Below, one piece after another: positions 24,326 to 36,257 of a DNA stretch of 64,000 nt. The translations under genes were made by a program, and so were the position numbers. The stretch covers positions 42,100,001-42,164,000 of the forward strand of contig NC_045696.1 of assembly GCF_009834535.1 (NCBI RefSeq). Direction: 5' to 3'. This stretch comes from Camelus ferus. Taxonomy: Eukaryota. Under the pieces are notes generated by a model that worked only from the letters and a program-made list of their open reading frames with translations, ran no database searches and had not been told where the DNA came from. Numbering within the stretch: the stretch's first letter is position 1; the number at the start of each line of letters is the position of its first letter.

Positions 24326-24629
24326 TTATTTTGTTTTTTATTGAATTGCAGTCAGTTTACAATGTGTCAATTTCTGGTGTACAGCATAATGTTTCAGTCA
24401 TACATGTACATACGTATATTATATTCTTTTTCACTATAGGTTACTACAAGATATTGAATATAGTTCCCTGTGCTATACAGAAGAAATTTGTTGTTTATAT
24501 TATATACAATAGTTAGTATCTGCAAATCTCAAACTGCCAGTTTATCTCTTCCCACCCTCTTCACCCACTGGTAACCATAAGCTTGTTTTCTATGTTTGTA
24601 AGTCTGTTTCTGTTTTGTGAATAAGTTTA

Positions 24630-24669
<40 letters not shown>

Positions 24670-24757
24670 TTTTTCTCTTTTTTTGGATTCCACATATGAG
24701 TAATATCATATAGTATTTTTTGTTCTCTTTCTGGCTCACTTGACTTAGAATGACAAT
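24326..24757 (-). mobile_element. Young L1 3'UTR fragment with internal (TG)n
   Basis: Same 3'UTR as the other young copies; TSD ctcaat(g/a)cata at 24315-24325 and 24758-24768; (TG)n at about 24632-24668. Confidence 0.92.
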
Positions 24758-25489
24758 CTCAATACATACATGTTCATATTCTTTAAAGCTAATCATAAGC
24801 ACCAAATCAGCATCAATGAATCCTTGGAGCTGAAGAAAGAACAACCATGGTGGTGTGTGGGAAGGTCATCTTTGTCTGTGCTGAGCCTTGCAGAGGGAGT
24901 AGGTGGGTCTGAAGGGAGTGAAGGGGCCTTGCAAGGAAAGAGGGAGAAAAACTGGAAAGGCAGTCTTGAAAATCACTGAGACATATCACAGACATGACCT
25001 ACGTTTCTTCTCCTTTAGAGCTTTGACATTCTATAGCTCTTCAAATTTATTTCTACTTCTGGCAAAGACCATTTTTGTTTTTTCCTATTTTCTCATATTT
25101 TATACTATTTTAAGTCTGTTACCAAAAGAAGATAAAATGGCATGGACCACATTATATGATTAAAATTATTTTACATTAATGTTTATTTTATCTTATTAAT
25201 AGGGAAAAGATTATATGGCTTTTATTCACTTTTCATGTGTTTCATTTATTTTTGCAGTAAAATGTTAAAATTATTTAACCATCTCTCTTGTTTTAGTACA
25301 TCAAATCTCTTAGGTTTGAGTAATAAATGCCTTTTCTTCTATTTAAAAATGACTGTAAAATTAGTGGTGATGACTAATCATGACGAAAAACCAAATTTGT
25401 ATTTTTAATTTGTATGCCTGTATTAGTCAGAAATTTAATGGGTAGTCAGATGACAAAACCTCAAGTCAAATAATGTAAAATATGGTAAT

Positions 25490-27400
25490 TTGTTGGTTCA
25501 TATTTCAATTCTTTTAATGGTTATAGGACTATTCAGATTTTCTATTTCTTCAGTTGTGATTTGGTAAATGTAGTTCCTAGGAATTTGGTAAATGTAGTTC
25601 CTAGGAACTATTTAATGAAATAAATTAATTTCACATAAATTAAAATATGGATTGATATGAAGTAGTTTATAATATTGTCTAATGAGATTCTTAGTGATCT
25701 ATAATTATGTGCTCTATTTCTTCCCTAATTTTGATTATATGTTTTTTCTTTATATCTTGATCAGTCTTTCAGGGGTCTCACACATTTATTAATTATTTCA
25801 CAAAACCAATTTCTGACTCTGATTCTATTAAAAGTTTGTTTATTTTGTCAATATCTGCTCCTATTGCATTGTTTCTATTTCCTTTCTTTTACTATCCTTG
25901 GCTTTAATTTGCTATTTTTATTTTCTTGAGATGATCATTGATTTTTTTACACTTTCTTTTTTTCTAATACACATTTAAGGTCATACATATCCCTTTAAAT
26001 ACAGCTTTAAATATATCTGATAAATTTTAATGTGCCACACTTTCATTATTACTAGTCCAATATTTTCTAATTTCCATTGTAATTTTTTCATCAGTCTATA
26101 GGATAGTTAAAAGTACATTTTAAATTTCCAAGTGTGTAGAATTTTCAGTTATCTGTTAGCTATTAATTCTAGCTTACTTGAACTATGGTCAGAGGACATT
26201 TTCTGTGTAATGTTAAACCTTGGAATGTGTTAAGACTTGTTTATGACTCAATTTTTATAAATGTTTATACTTGAAGAATGTATGTTAAAGTTGTTAGCTA
26301 TCCTCTGTTAATTAAATTTCTTTATTGTACTGTTCAGATCTTTGATATCTTTACTAATATTTTTATTTGTATTTTCTATCTGTTACTGAGAAAACTATGT
26401 TAAAATCTGCTAAGATTGTGGATTTTTTAATTTTCCCTTTTAGTTTTGTCATTTTTTTGCCTTATGTTCTGATCCTGTGTTATTGGGGTATATGAATTTG
26501 TCATATTTTTTTTTTGTGAGTGAAAACTTTGATACAGTGTCCCTCTTAACCTTTAGTAGTGCTTTTTGCCTTGAAGACTCTTTTAAGTATGTATCAGATC
26601 ATATTAATATCCTTGTATTCCCTTGGCTCTCACCATTTCTGTACACACTGATGGTTTTCTGCTTCAGTCACCTGTGACCCTCCACCTGAGGGCTTTCTCT
26701 GGTGAGCTTGGTTTATGTGCAGGGCAAGCTGGTCAGAAGTTCTGGGAGGTGGATGCCCCAGGAGCAGCCCTTATCTAGTGACAGAGAGGGACTGGAAATA
26801 AATACTTTAGCTTCATAATCTATTGCATAGGACAACTCTGAGGAATATTCTGTATCATCTCTCAAAGATTCTTAGTGGGATTGAGCCCCAGTTTCCCACT
26901 GGGGACTCAATCACTAATACACCCAATATTAGTTTCTTTCTCAATTCCCCTTCTGGAGCTTCCTGGAATCACTTCCCAAATAAACTATGTGTTCTCAAAT
27001 ATTTGTCTTAAGCCTGTTTCAGAGGGAACGCAACCAAAGACAGTTTGAAGTGTTTTAGTGTTGCATGACATATCTCTTCTTTTGACTTCCAATCTTTCTG
27101 TATCCGTATATTTTATATATATCTCTAGTAAGCATTACATAGTGTGCTTTGTTTTCTTTATGTAATAGTACAATCATTTATTCTGATTGGATTATTTAGT
27201 TCATTTCCATTTAATGTGATTATGGCTGTATTTGGGTTTGAATGTTAATCTTTGCCATTTCCCCTCTTGTTCAATGCTCTGTTTCCTCGTCACATTTTGT
27301 TTTAGATTTTTGTGTATTTCATTATTCCATTTTGCCCTCTATTAGCTTGGTATTTGCACATCCTCTTACTGTTTTTGATTAGAAATGACCACATCTATCC
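25490..27400 (-). mobile_element. Very old L1 ORF2 fragment, interrupted by an LTR
   Basis: T-rich decayed L1 antisense motifs (ctattcagattttctatttctt; actatggtcagaggaca; gatctttgatatctttactaat; tagttcatttccatttaatgtgattat). Confidence 0.75.
26640..27041 (+). mobile_element. ERVL-class LTR (LTR16-like) nested in old L1
   Basis: gccccaggagcagccc...gcttcctggaatcacttcccaaataaacta...caaatatttgtcttaagcctgtttcagagggaacgcaaccaaagaca. Confidence 0.8.
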
Positions 27401-27816
27401 TTGACGTATCAGCATCAGCTTTGCTGCTTAGAGCTGTGACTCACTGTTCATAGCTGACGTTTGCAGCAGTGTAGGCTTTAGTGCCCTCAGCAGCTTGTGT
27501 CAGTTCTTTCCTAGCTTTTGTTACTTTTTTTTTTTTTTTTTACTTGGGCAGAGCTGACCAATGATCTTAGGGGCACCTTAAATGCAGGCGGGAGTAATGG
27601 TGAGAACGGTGAGGTTGGAGACCAGGGGTGGTATCATCATGGAATCAAAGAAACTATTTTTGGTTTTTGGGGTTTTGGTGACATCACCTTTTCCTGTGCT
27701 CCAGTTATGTTTCATTTAGAATCTCTTGGCCTCAGGTTCTTTGCCATTGACTTTCCTTTAACGTTCCTTCCATGTCTACCCTTCCTGCTGTCTCCTTCTG
27801 TGTCTTTCTTTAGTTC

Positions 27817-28280
27817 TGTATTAGTCTACTAGGTCTGCTGTAATGAAATACCACAAACTTAGTGGCTTAAAACAAAATTATTCCCCTACTGTTCTGAAGG
27901 CCCGAAGTCTGATATCACGGTGTCGGAAGGGCCGTGCTTCTTCGGAAGGCTCTAGGGAAGAATCCTTCCTTGTCTTCCTTCTAGCTTCCGGTGGTTGCCC
28001 GAAATCCTTGGTGTTCCTTGTAGGCGTATCACTCCAATCTCTGCTTCTGCGTTTACATGGTGGTTTTCTCTGTGTCTGTGCCTTCGCGTGGCTTTCTCCT
28101 CTTCGTGTGTGTATGTTCAAAATATCCCTCTTCTTTTCAGGATGCCAGTTACTCATTCAGGGCCCACCCTCATCCAGTATGACCTCAACTTGGTTACTTT
28201 TCAAAGACCCTATTACCAAATAAGGTCACACTCTGAGGTTCCAGGGAGACTGAATTTTGGGGGAACACTCTCCAACCCAA
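27817..28280 (-). mobile_element. MaLR LTR (MLT1C-like)
   Basis: tgtattagtctactagg...aaataccacaaacttagtggcttaaaac...gggcccaccctcatccagtatgacctca...aaagaccctattaccaaataaggtcacactctgagg. Confidence 0.9.
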
Positions 28281-28296
28281 TGAAAACTCACTTGCC

Positions 28297-28560
28297 CTGT
28301 AGTGCAGTAAAATAGCACTAACCTGTAAGTCACAGGCCCGGGTCCCGATTCTGCCTGTGCTGCTAATTTCACAGGCACAGACTTTGGAATTCAAGAAGAT
28401 GTTCCAAGTCTGAGTTGTCACTTAGTCTCACTGAGCCTCAGTGTCTTCATCTGTAAATGGAGGATAACTAGACCTATTTTTATGTTGGACTAAATAAGAC
28501 CGTGCTTTCTAAGTCCTTGGCATAGTGCTTAGCACATTGTGGGTGCTTAACAAATGCTGG
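28297..28560 (+). mobile_element. MIR SINE
   Basis: gtcacttagtctcactgagcctcagtgtcttcatctgtaaatggagg...catagtgcttagcacattgtgggtgcttaacaaatgc. Confidence 0.8.
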
Positions 28561-28799
28561 TTTTCTCCTCCCTACTCCTCCTTAGTTTCTCCACAGTCAA
28601 ACTGAGTTTATTTGCAAGATCATTCCAGCTTCAAAGTTACGACAGCTCCATTAAGCTATTTCTTTGTCATACTCTGCCTTACCTATCTCTCTTGTCCCTT
28701 TTCTCTTGAACAGTTTAACCTCTTCATTCTAGTATTTTGTCATTTTTTTCCCACATTCTCCTGCTATTCCTTTTCTTCTGACTTTGATTCCTTGTGGTG

Positions 28800-28932
28800 A
28801 GGATCATGTTCATCTGGTTTGCCCAGTAACAGTCCCAGTTTATTATGCCTGTTGTACCAGTGTAATTAATGATACTGTCCTTTTCCATTTTCCAGGCATT
28901 CTGGTTTGGATGATGAGTTACCTGATCACCAT
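28800..28932. mobile_element. Short hAT-Blackjack MITE (MER94/MER81-like)
   Basis: ctggtttgcccag...gtcccagttt...tggtttggatgatgagttacctgatcacc with decayed agggtgacc/ggtcaccct-type ends. Confidence 0.55.
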
Positions 28933-29944
28933 CATTTGACTGTTCTCATAGCATTTAGACCTTCCTCTGGCATTGCATAACCCACACTGTATCATGTATA
29001 TCTTAATTGTCTTGTGGGTCTGTCTCTTTGGCAGGATGAGGGCAGCCATTGGGAATGGTTTTCTGTGTTTCCCCAAAGTCTAGCACAGACCTGGCACGTG
29101 GGGCAGGGGTGCTCAGCCATGGTGGTTGGACATGTGAATGTTCTTGAAAACTTGCTACTTCTGTGTATAGCAGGTGCTCAATAAAGAATTTTTAAATTGA
29201 AGTAGATTGCTGACCTTTGTGAAAGTGAAAAATGAACCCAATTAGAACACTGTTCCTCTCTCTGCCTTCCTTTATTTGTTGTTATTAGCATCAAGATCTC
29301 ACTTTTCTTTCAGATTTGTGACTCATCTTCTTGCCTCACCACTAGCTATTTGATTCTTTGGAAACTGGAGTTACCCTTTTCATGACTCCAGTGGATGCTG
29401 TGGTAACCTGCTTTCCAGTTGTGGCGTGCTTTTAGGCAAGTGCACATCCATGATTAAAATCTCCCCACCAGCCTGGGCTCCTGAAGCTTTCTCTGTTCTC
29501 TTGTCTGTTTCAGGAGCACTTTATCTGCCATCTTATTTCTAGCTTTGAGGCCACACCCTCTCCTGATTGCTTCATCTTGTGGCTGTGTGAGACACGTGAA
29601 ATTAAGGGGATAATCAAATCAACGATGGGTTTAATTTAGGTGTCAAAGTCACTTTTGCCTGACAATTCTTCCTGTTGCTGTTGGCTCACGGCCTCAGCAC
29701 ACTACCCCACTTTTTGTTTGCAGGTTGGGAATCTTCTTGGCCATGGGAATATTTTCTGGGCCATGTCATTTAGTGATCATGGTGGAAAACATTTCCCCTC
29801 TTTGGAAATGATGAAATCAAAACTATCTAGGTTGAGTAAATGGGTTGCTCTTCTTGCTGAAGGCTGAAAATCAGCACTTAACTCGGTTTTCAACAAACAG
29901 TTCTTGAGAATGTACCAAGTACAAGTAATAATACCAATAATTAT

Positions 29945-30420
29945 TGTCCTTGGGAGTTCTGTGGAGGCCGTGGAGGTGTGCTGCTCAATTCAGCTTTCAC
30001 AAGAACCTCCTGAAAGGCCTGTGGTCAGTCCTCAGTCTCCAGCTGTAGCACCTTCAATCAGCCCTTGTTTCATCCTTCCAAGCCTCCCTCCTCTTGTGCT
30101 TCTCTCAGCTAGTGATGGAATGTGGCCATTTCTACCCAGCACGGGACACCTCTAATGGATGATCTTTGCCTGGGGACTCCTAGTCCACCTGACTTAGACT
30201 TTCTCAAAGCTGTCCTTCAGTCTGGCCTTCCTATTACCCTGTCTTCTTTCTTGTCCCCTCTTTTCCCTCATGTGTCAGACCTACATCATGGTTTGAAGAC
30301 TCTCCCCACTGCCGCCTGCTGCCCCTTCTCTTAATTCTTCACAGGCACTTCTCCCAAGAAATCTCCTGCATGACTAATTTCACTTTTGGCACCTGTTTCT
30401 TGGAAGAGTCAAGCCTACAA
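29945..30420 (+). mobile_element. Ancient ERVL-class LTR (LTR33-like)
   Basis: ggaggtgtgctgctca...ccttcagtctggccttcctattacc...ctcccaagaaatctcctgcatgactaatttc...ttggcacctgtttcttggaagag. Confidence 0.65.
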
Positions 30421-30599
30421 AAGTTCCTAGTACAATAGGGACATACAATCTTAGATATAAAAATATGTACACTTCCCATAGTATGTCATTTCCTTGAGGG
30501 CAAGGAATAAAACCCAATATAATTCTTTGCTCAGTTCACAGAACATGTGTCAGGAGTGATTAAAAAAAGCACTTAAGAAGAGAAAAATAATAGTAGAAG

Positions 30600-30810
30600 T
30601 AGTAATAATGATAAGCTTGAGGGCCCTTTTTATGCTAAGCAAGGTACTTCATAAATTTTTTTCTAGTCCTCATAACAGTCCCACAAAGAATATATTGTTG
30701 TCGTGCTCATTTTGCAGATGAGGAAAATGAAAATAGATTCTTCAAGGTCAAGGTCAAAGGGCTAGTGAGTGACTGTGCCAGGGGTTGGATTCAGGGACCT
30801 CTGATGCCCT
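30600..30810 (-). mobile_element. MIR SINE
   Basis: tcctcataacagtccc...ctcattttgcagatgaggaaaatgaa...caaggtcaaagggctagtgagtgac. Confidence 0.8.
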
Positions 30811-31052
30811 TGAGTTTCCCATGGTAGCTTGCTCAGTCTTAGGGGTGATCTTTAAACATAGGCCAGACCTTAATCAACCTGGAAAGTCTGAGTAGTGTCC
30901 CTCTCTGTCTGGAGATAGGCCAGACCAGAGCCTTGGTTTATGAGTTATTTATTCTAACCTTTCAGGGCGGTATTTTAAAGGAATTTTTAGAAAAGAAAGA
31001 TGATATCTTTAAGATGGCTTTCTCCTTTTTTGTTAGATTCTTTGGCTTAGGG

Positions 31053-33325
31053 TTGTGGTTTAAGCTTTCTTTAGTGTCATATTTGAATTTCTTTCTCTTT
31101 ATTTTTTGGGTACCTATTGTAGATTTTTGGTTTGTGGTTACCATGGTGTTCATATTTATTGACTTATGTATATAGTTATTTGTCTTAAGCTGATGTTTGA
31201 ACTTAAGTTCAAATGTATTCTATTTATTTATTTTTATTGATATATAGTCAGTTTACAACGTTGTGTCAATTTCTGGCGTACAGCACAGTTCTCCAGTCAT
31301 ACATGAATACACATATATTCATTTTCATTCAAATGCATTCTAAAAGCGCTACATTTTCCCTCCCCACCTCCCAGATATTTTGTTTTTGACGTCATGTTTT
31401 ACATCTTTTTGTATCCCTTGACTGCTTATTGCAGTTAAAGTTGATTTTACGATTTTTGTCTTGTAATCCTTATATTAACTTTTTAAGTGGTTGATCCACT
31501 ACCTTTACCATATATTCACCTTTACCAGGGGATTTTTTCTCTCACGTATGTTCTCATTTCTAGTTATGACCTTTTCTTTTCCACTGAAAGAAGACTCTTT
31601 AACATTCCTCATAAGGCTAGTTTAATGGTGATGCACTCTTCAGTTTTTGCTTGTTTGGAAAACTGTATCTCTCCTTCAACTTGGAATGATAGCCTTACTG
31701 GGTTGTAAGTTTTTTTCATTTCAGCACTGTAAATATATTGTGCTACTCCGTTCTGGCCTGCAGAGTTTCAGCTGATAGCCTTGTGGGAGTTCCCTTGTGT
31801 GTGACTCATTGTTTTCCTCTTCCTGCCTTTAATTTTTCTTTATCTTTAACTTTTTCCATTTTAATTCTGATATGCCTTGGCATGGACCTCTTTGGGTTCA
31901 TCTTTTTGGGGCTCTCTGTGATTCCTGGACCTGGATATCTGTTTCCTTCCTTAGTTTAGGGATTTTCTCAACCATTATTTCCTCAAGTAATTTTTCTGCA
32001 CCCCCTTCTCCTTATGGGTCCCCTATAATAAAAATGTTAGTATGCTTGGTGTTGTCACATAGGTTCCTTAAAGTCTCCTCATTAAATAATTTTTTTTTTC
32101 TTTTGCTGTTCTGATTGGGTGATTTCCATCATTCTGTCTTCCAGGTCACTTAAACATTCTTCTGTATCATATAATCTCCTTGAATCCCTCTAGTGTATCT
32201 TTCATTTCATTTTCTGTATTCTTCAGCTCTGATTGGTTCTTTTTTATATTTCTTAACTCTCTGTTAAAGTTCTCACTATGTTCCTCCATTCTTCCAGGTT
32301 CCGTGGATCTTTATGACTGTGGCTCTGAACTCATTTTATTGTGTAAATAATACTTATCTCTGTTTCTTTCTTTCTTTCTTTTTTTTTTTTTACTAGGGTT
32401 TTGTCTGTTCATTTGTTTGGAACAAATTCGTCTGTCTCCTCATTTTGTTTGATTTCCTGTGGTTGCTTCTATGAATTAAGTGAGACAGTTGCCTCTTTGG
32501 TCTTGAAGATGCTGTCCTGTGTTGGAGCACCATCTGTGTAGACTGCATGTTCTGGGTGGCTTTAGCAGGCTAGCTGGAGCTGGAGCAGGCATGAGCGGGT
32601 GGGAGAGTCCCAGGGTGGGCTGGACAGAGGTGCCTTGGTGGGATAGCTAGAGCTGGAGCAGGTGCAGGCCAGGGCTTCCCAAGCCATGGCAGAGCCACAG
32701 CCCTGGCGGGATGGTTGGCGCTACGGTGGGCACAGGCTGGGGCTTTGCCGGGGCATGCTGGGGCTGCTACCTTGGCTTGACAGCTGGCACTAGAGAGAGC
32801 ATGGGTCAGGGGTGTGCTGGGCTGGTGGCCTGACAGACCAGCTAGAGTGTCAGGCACTTTTCAAACTGCTACCTGTGCTGGAACCCAGAGCAAGTGAGTT
32901 TACACATTAGCCCTTCAAAAGCAAATTCTAGGTTTCCTACCTCCCCCTGGCTCTCCCAGACTGAAGCTCCACTGGTTTTCAAAGCCAGTTCTATGGGCTT
33001 ATCTTCCCAGTGCTGGTCCTCAGGGCTAAGGTGCCCAATGAGGGGCTCGAATCCCTTGCTCTTTAGGGAGGACCTTCATATTTATGGTATCCTCTCCTGC
33101 TTGTGGGTCACTGTGCTGGGGTTTGGATCCTGACTTGATCATGTCTCTGCCCCTCCTACCCAACTGCTAAGGTTAGCAACTATTTTTTTAAACTCTATCT
33201 GAGGTGTTCTGCTAGTCTTCAGGTCATTTTCAGAGAGTTTTTCTATAAGTAATTGTAATTTTTCTATAAGTCTGCGGAGGAGGTGAGCTCAGGGTCTTCC
33301 TACTCTGCATCTTGGTCCTGCCTCC
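31053..33325 (-). mobile_element. Older L1 5' half: 5'UTR, decayed ORF1 and spacer, no ORF2
   Basis: 5' start GGAGGCAGGACCAAGATGCAGAGTAGGAAGACC at about 33325; GC-rich UTR at about 32550-33170; ORF1-antisense motifs (ctggcctgcagagtttcagctgatagcctt; tatctttaactttttccattttaatt); homology ends at about 31053. Confidence 0.85.
31223..31327 (-). mobile_element. Very short young L1 3' end nested in the older L1
   Basis: ttttattgatatatagtcagtttacaacgttgtgtcaatttctggcgtacagcac; 15-bp TSD ttcaaatg(t/c)attcta at 31208-31222 and 31328-31342. Confidence 0.92.
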
Positions 33326-34349
33326 TGATTCTTGATTCCTACCTTGTCTTCTAAGAGGCTTAATTGATTTTAGTCTAAAATGTGTGCATACAGTCTACCC
33401 TTTTAGACTTCCTTGTCAATATTTCAGTGTACTTTATTTGGATGTGGATCTCTGAACCAAAAGGCCAGTCAAATTCTTGATTCTGGATTTGGTCCTGGAT
33501 CTATTTGTCAGACTCAGATGATGCCCCAATGACTATGGCAAACAGGATGGCCTAGACAAGACTCCTGTTTTCATAGGTGGAGCTTAGCAATTTCTGTCCC
33601 CAAGTGCCTGGCACGAACACTGGTAAAGACATCCTTGCATGTCTGCTTGGAACCCAGGAGGTTGTGCTCACTGCCAACACTACATATCCATTTGGCTCCC
33701 ATGGGTGTGGGAACTTCCTGTTCTTGGCAGAGGATAGAGAAGCTTTGTCTTTCCCCACAGGTCCCTTGTGCCTCTAGGTGTGGGGTGCCTCTGCATGGCT
33801 GGGCTCCAGACAGGGAATCTTTCCTTCCACATTCCACTCTGAACTATGGCAGCCAGTTGCTGTAGAGCTCTGAAATGAGCTGTTGTAGTATTTGTGTCAA
33901 TTTTTCTAGCTGTAGAATGCAGGTGGTGGCAGTGTGGATCAGATGTTGTGCCTGTATGTGAAGAGAGTCTGAAAGGATCTTAAAAATCATTATGTCCAGC
34001 AGAGACTTAGAGACAAGAAATGACATAGGGAGTTCAGGGCAGAGCTGGGACTAAATCCAGGTCTCTGAATTCCTAGTCTAGGATTCTTTCCATCTTGCTT
34101 TAACCTCTCATAAGCAACTATGTGATCAGAGAAGTAGAATCTAAAATAAATAGAGCATGGATTGATTTATGAACTCAGAACCTTCCGCTTTGCTGTATTA
34201 TATATGCAGCAACTCCCCAGGCAGGCCTTTCTGTTTCTTTCCTCTAGCTTTTTCTTGGGCTCTTTTCTAACCATTTTGGGGATAAGCTTTCAAATATTTC
34301 TGAGATAGTACCTCAGAATTCAACTCATTTTATCTCTAGTCTATTTCAC

Positions 34350-34625
34350 ATTTTTTGGAGTATGTTTCAGGCATCATGGTGATCTTTGGTGGATAAAAGA
34401 TGAATAAGACCTAGCCCCTGACCTTGAGGCACTTACAATCTAGAAGAGGAAACCAACATGAATACAACACAGAATGATAGTTGCTATAATAGAAATCTAC
34501 CTTGGGTGCTGAGCAGATAAAAGGCCCTGAGTGAGTAACTTCAGGGCACAGAGAATGAGAAGCAAGGAGATGGGGGTAGGCTTCATGGAGGAGGTGGCAT
34601 CGAAGTTGGGATTTGAAGAGAAATA
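34350..34625 (-). mobile_element. L2 3' fragment
   Basis: gatgaataagacctagcccctgaccttgaggcacttacaatctag...ggcttcatggaggaggtggcat. Confidence 0.75.
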
Positions 34626-34914
34626 GCAATTGGAATAAAAAGCTTATTGACTTGCTTTTATTTCATGATTCTTCTCAGGTACTACTTAATTTAGCATAAC
34701 AAAAATTGTAGATCAAATGCTTCCAAGAGATAATGTTCAGATAAGCACAAGTTGGAACTTAGGTTCCATGCAGAAGAGCTCATAAGGAAAGTTTAGTGCT
34801 TGGCTCAGACACTGTTTAAGTAACAGACCATTATTGATGAGGCTAATGGCAAGCGCTACTGTCCCTAAGTCAGAGAACAGATGGATGCTGCTGTAAAGGT
34901 TAACTGAAGGACAA

Positions 34915-35150
34915 TAACAGTATTGTTAATAGCTTTCTGAGCATTTATCATGTATTGTGCTTTGTGTAAGTTACAGGCATTATATTATTTAATTTGTACA
35001 CTAACCATATAAAGTAGGTACTGATATTTTTATAGTTGAGAAAACAGAATCTCAGAGAGGTTAAGAAATAATTTGCCTAAGGTCAGAGAGCTAGAAAATA
35101 GTGAGCCAGAATTTGAACTCAGGAGTGTCTCACTCCAGGGATTGAACTCT
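34915..35150 (-). mobile_element. MIR SINE
   Basis: gagaaaacagaatctcagagaggttaag...tttgcctaaggtcagagagctag...gagccagaatttgaactcagg. Confidence 0.85.
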
Positions 35151-36257
35151 TAACTCCCCCCTATGCCATGGATGGAAAAGAGTGGAAATGTCAACCAGAA
35201 TTCATCTGAATCCTTTAAATCACCTCCACAGAAGTCCTGGCTATGAGAACATGCTGGGCACATGGGATTCGACTGATCAGCAAACACTTGCTGAATTTCA
35301 GCACAGTCCTTAACCCTGTGTGAGGCCCTATAAGGAATGCAGAGAAACCTGAATCTGAGCATAAGTCTTGGAGGATAAAACTCATATGAAGGAACTGAGC
35401 CCTGAGAGAATAAACTCCTTCCCCAAGGTCACGTGGCTGGTGAGTGAGACCCAAAACATGAACACCTGAACTTGACTTTTTACATTGGAACTAATGCTCT
35501 TTCTTCTGCAACCCTTCTAGGCAGATTTTTGGCATAAATAGAAGAGTTAACGCCTATAGGACTAGAACCTAAACAAACATCTTACACAACTTTTAGGGTC
35601 AAAGTTTCATTGTATTATTATTATTTCTATCTGATTTGAGAACTTTTCCTGAAGCCTACCATTATGGTGGTGCCAGAAAGAAGATGTCTGAGACTGTGAG
35701 CCAGAAGGATTTCTGAGCCCCTGTTTGATGTGACCTCTTACCTCTTTCCTACTTCTTCAACTCTGATCCATGAACTACTTGGTATTTAAAAAAAAAATAA
35801 AGAGAGAGAGAGAAAGAAAGAAAGATCTGCTCAGCTTATTTTTCAAATAATGCTGGTCTCCATTCTTTCCATGTTTGGATAACAATACACCTACAGAATG
35901 AGTTAAATTAGTTTTCATCTAGGGCAAAGTTAAAAAAAAATCTACGGTTGAAAGATCTGAAATTATATATATTTCTGATGTCAGTGAGAAAAATGAACAG
36001 CTTTGGTCAACAAAGGAAAGTAAAAAGTAAATTATTAAGTTGAATGCTAGAGGAAGAAGCTAGAAAAGGAGACATACTTTGTGACGTTCTGAAAAGCTGG
36101 TGGGATCATTTGATTCATGTGTTCAGAGCTGTGAAGCTTTTGTTTTATGTGGTCACATTATGGTCTAGCCAAAATCAACTTTATGACCAACTGTGATGGA
36201 GCGACTTTGAAAAGGGTTTCTGGAAAAAAAAAAAAGAAACCAAAAATCTTTCTCACA

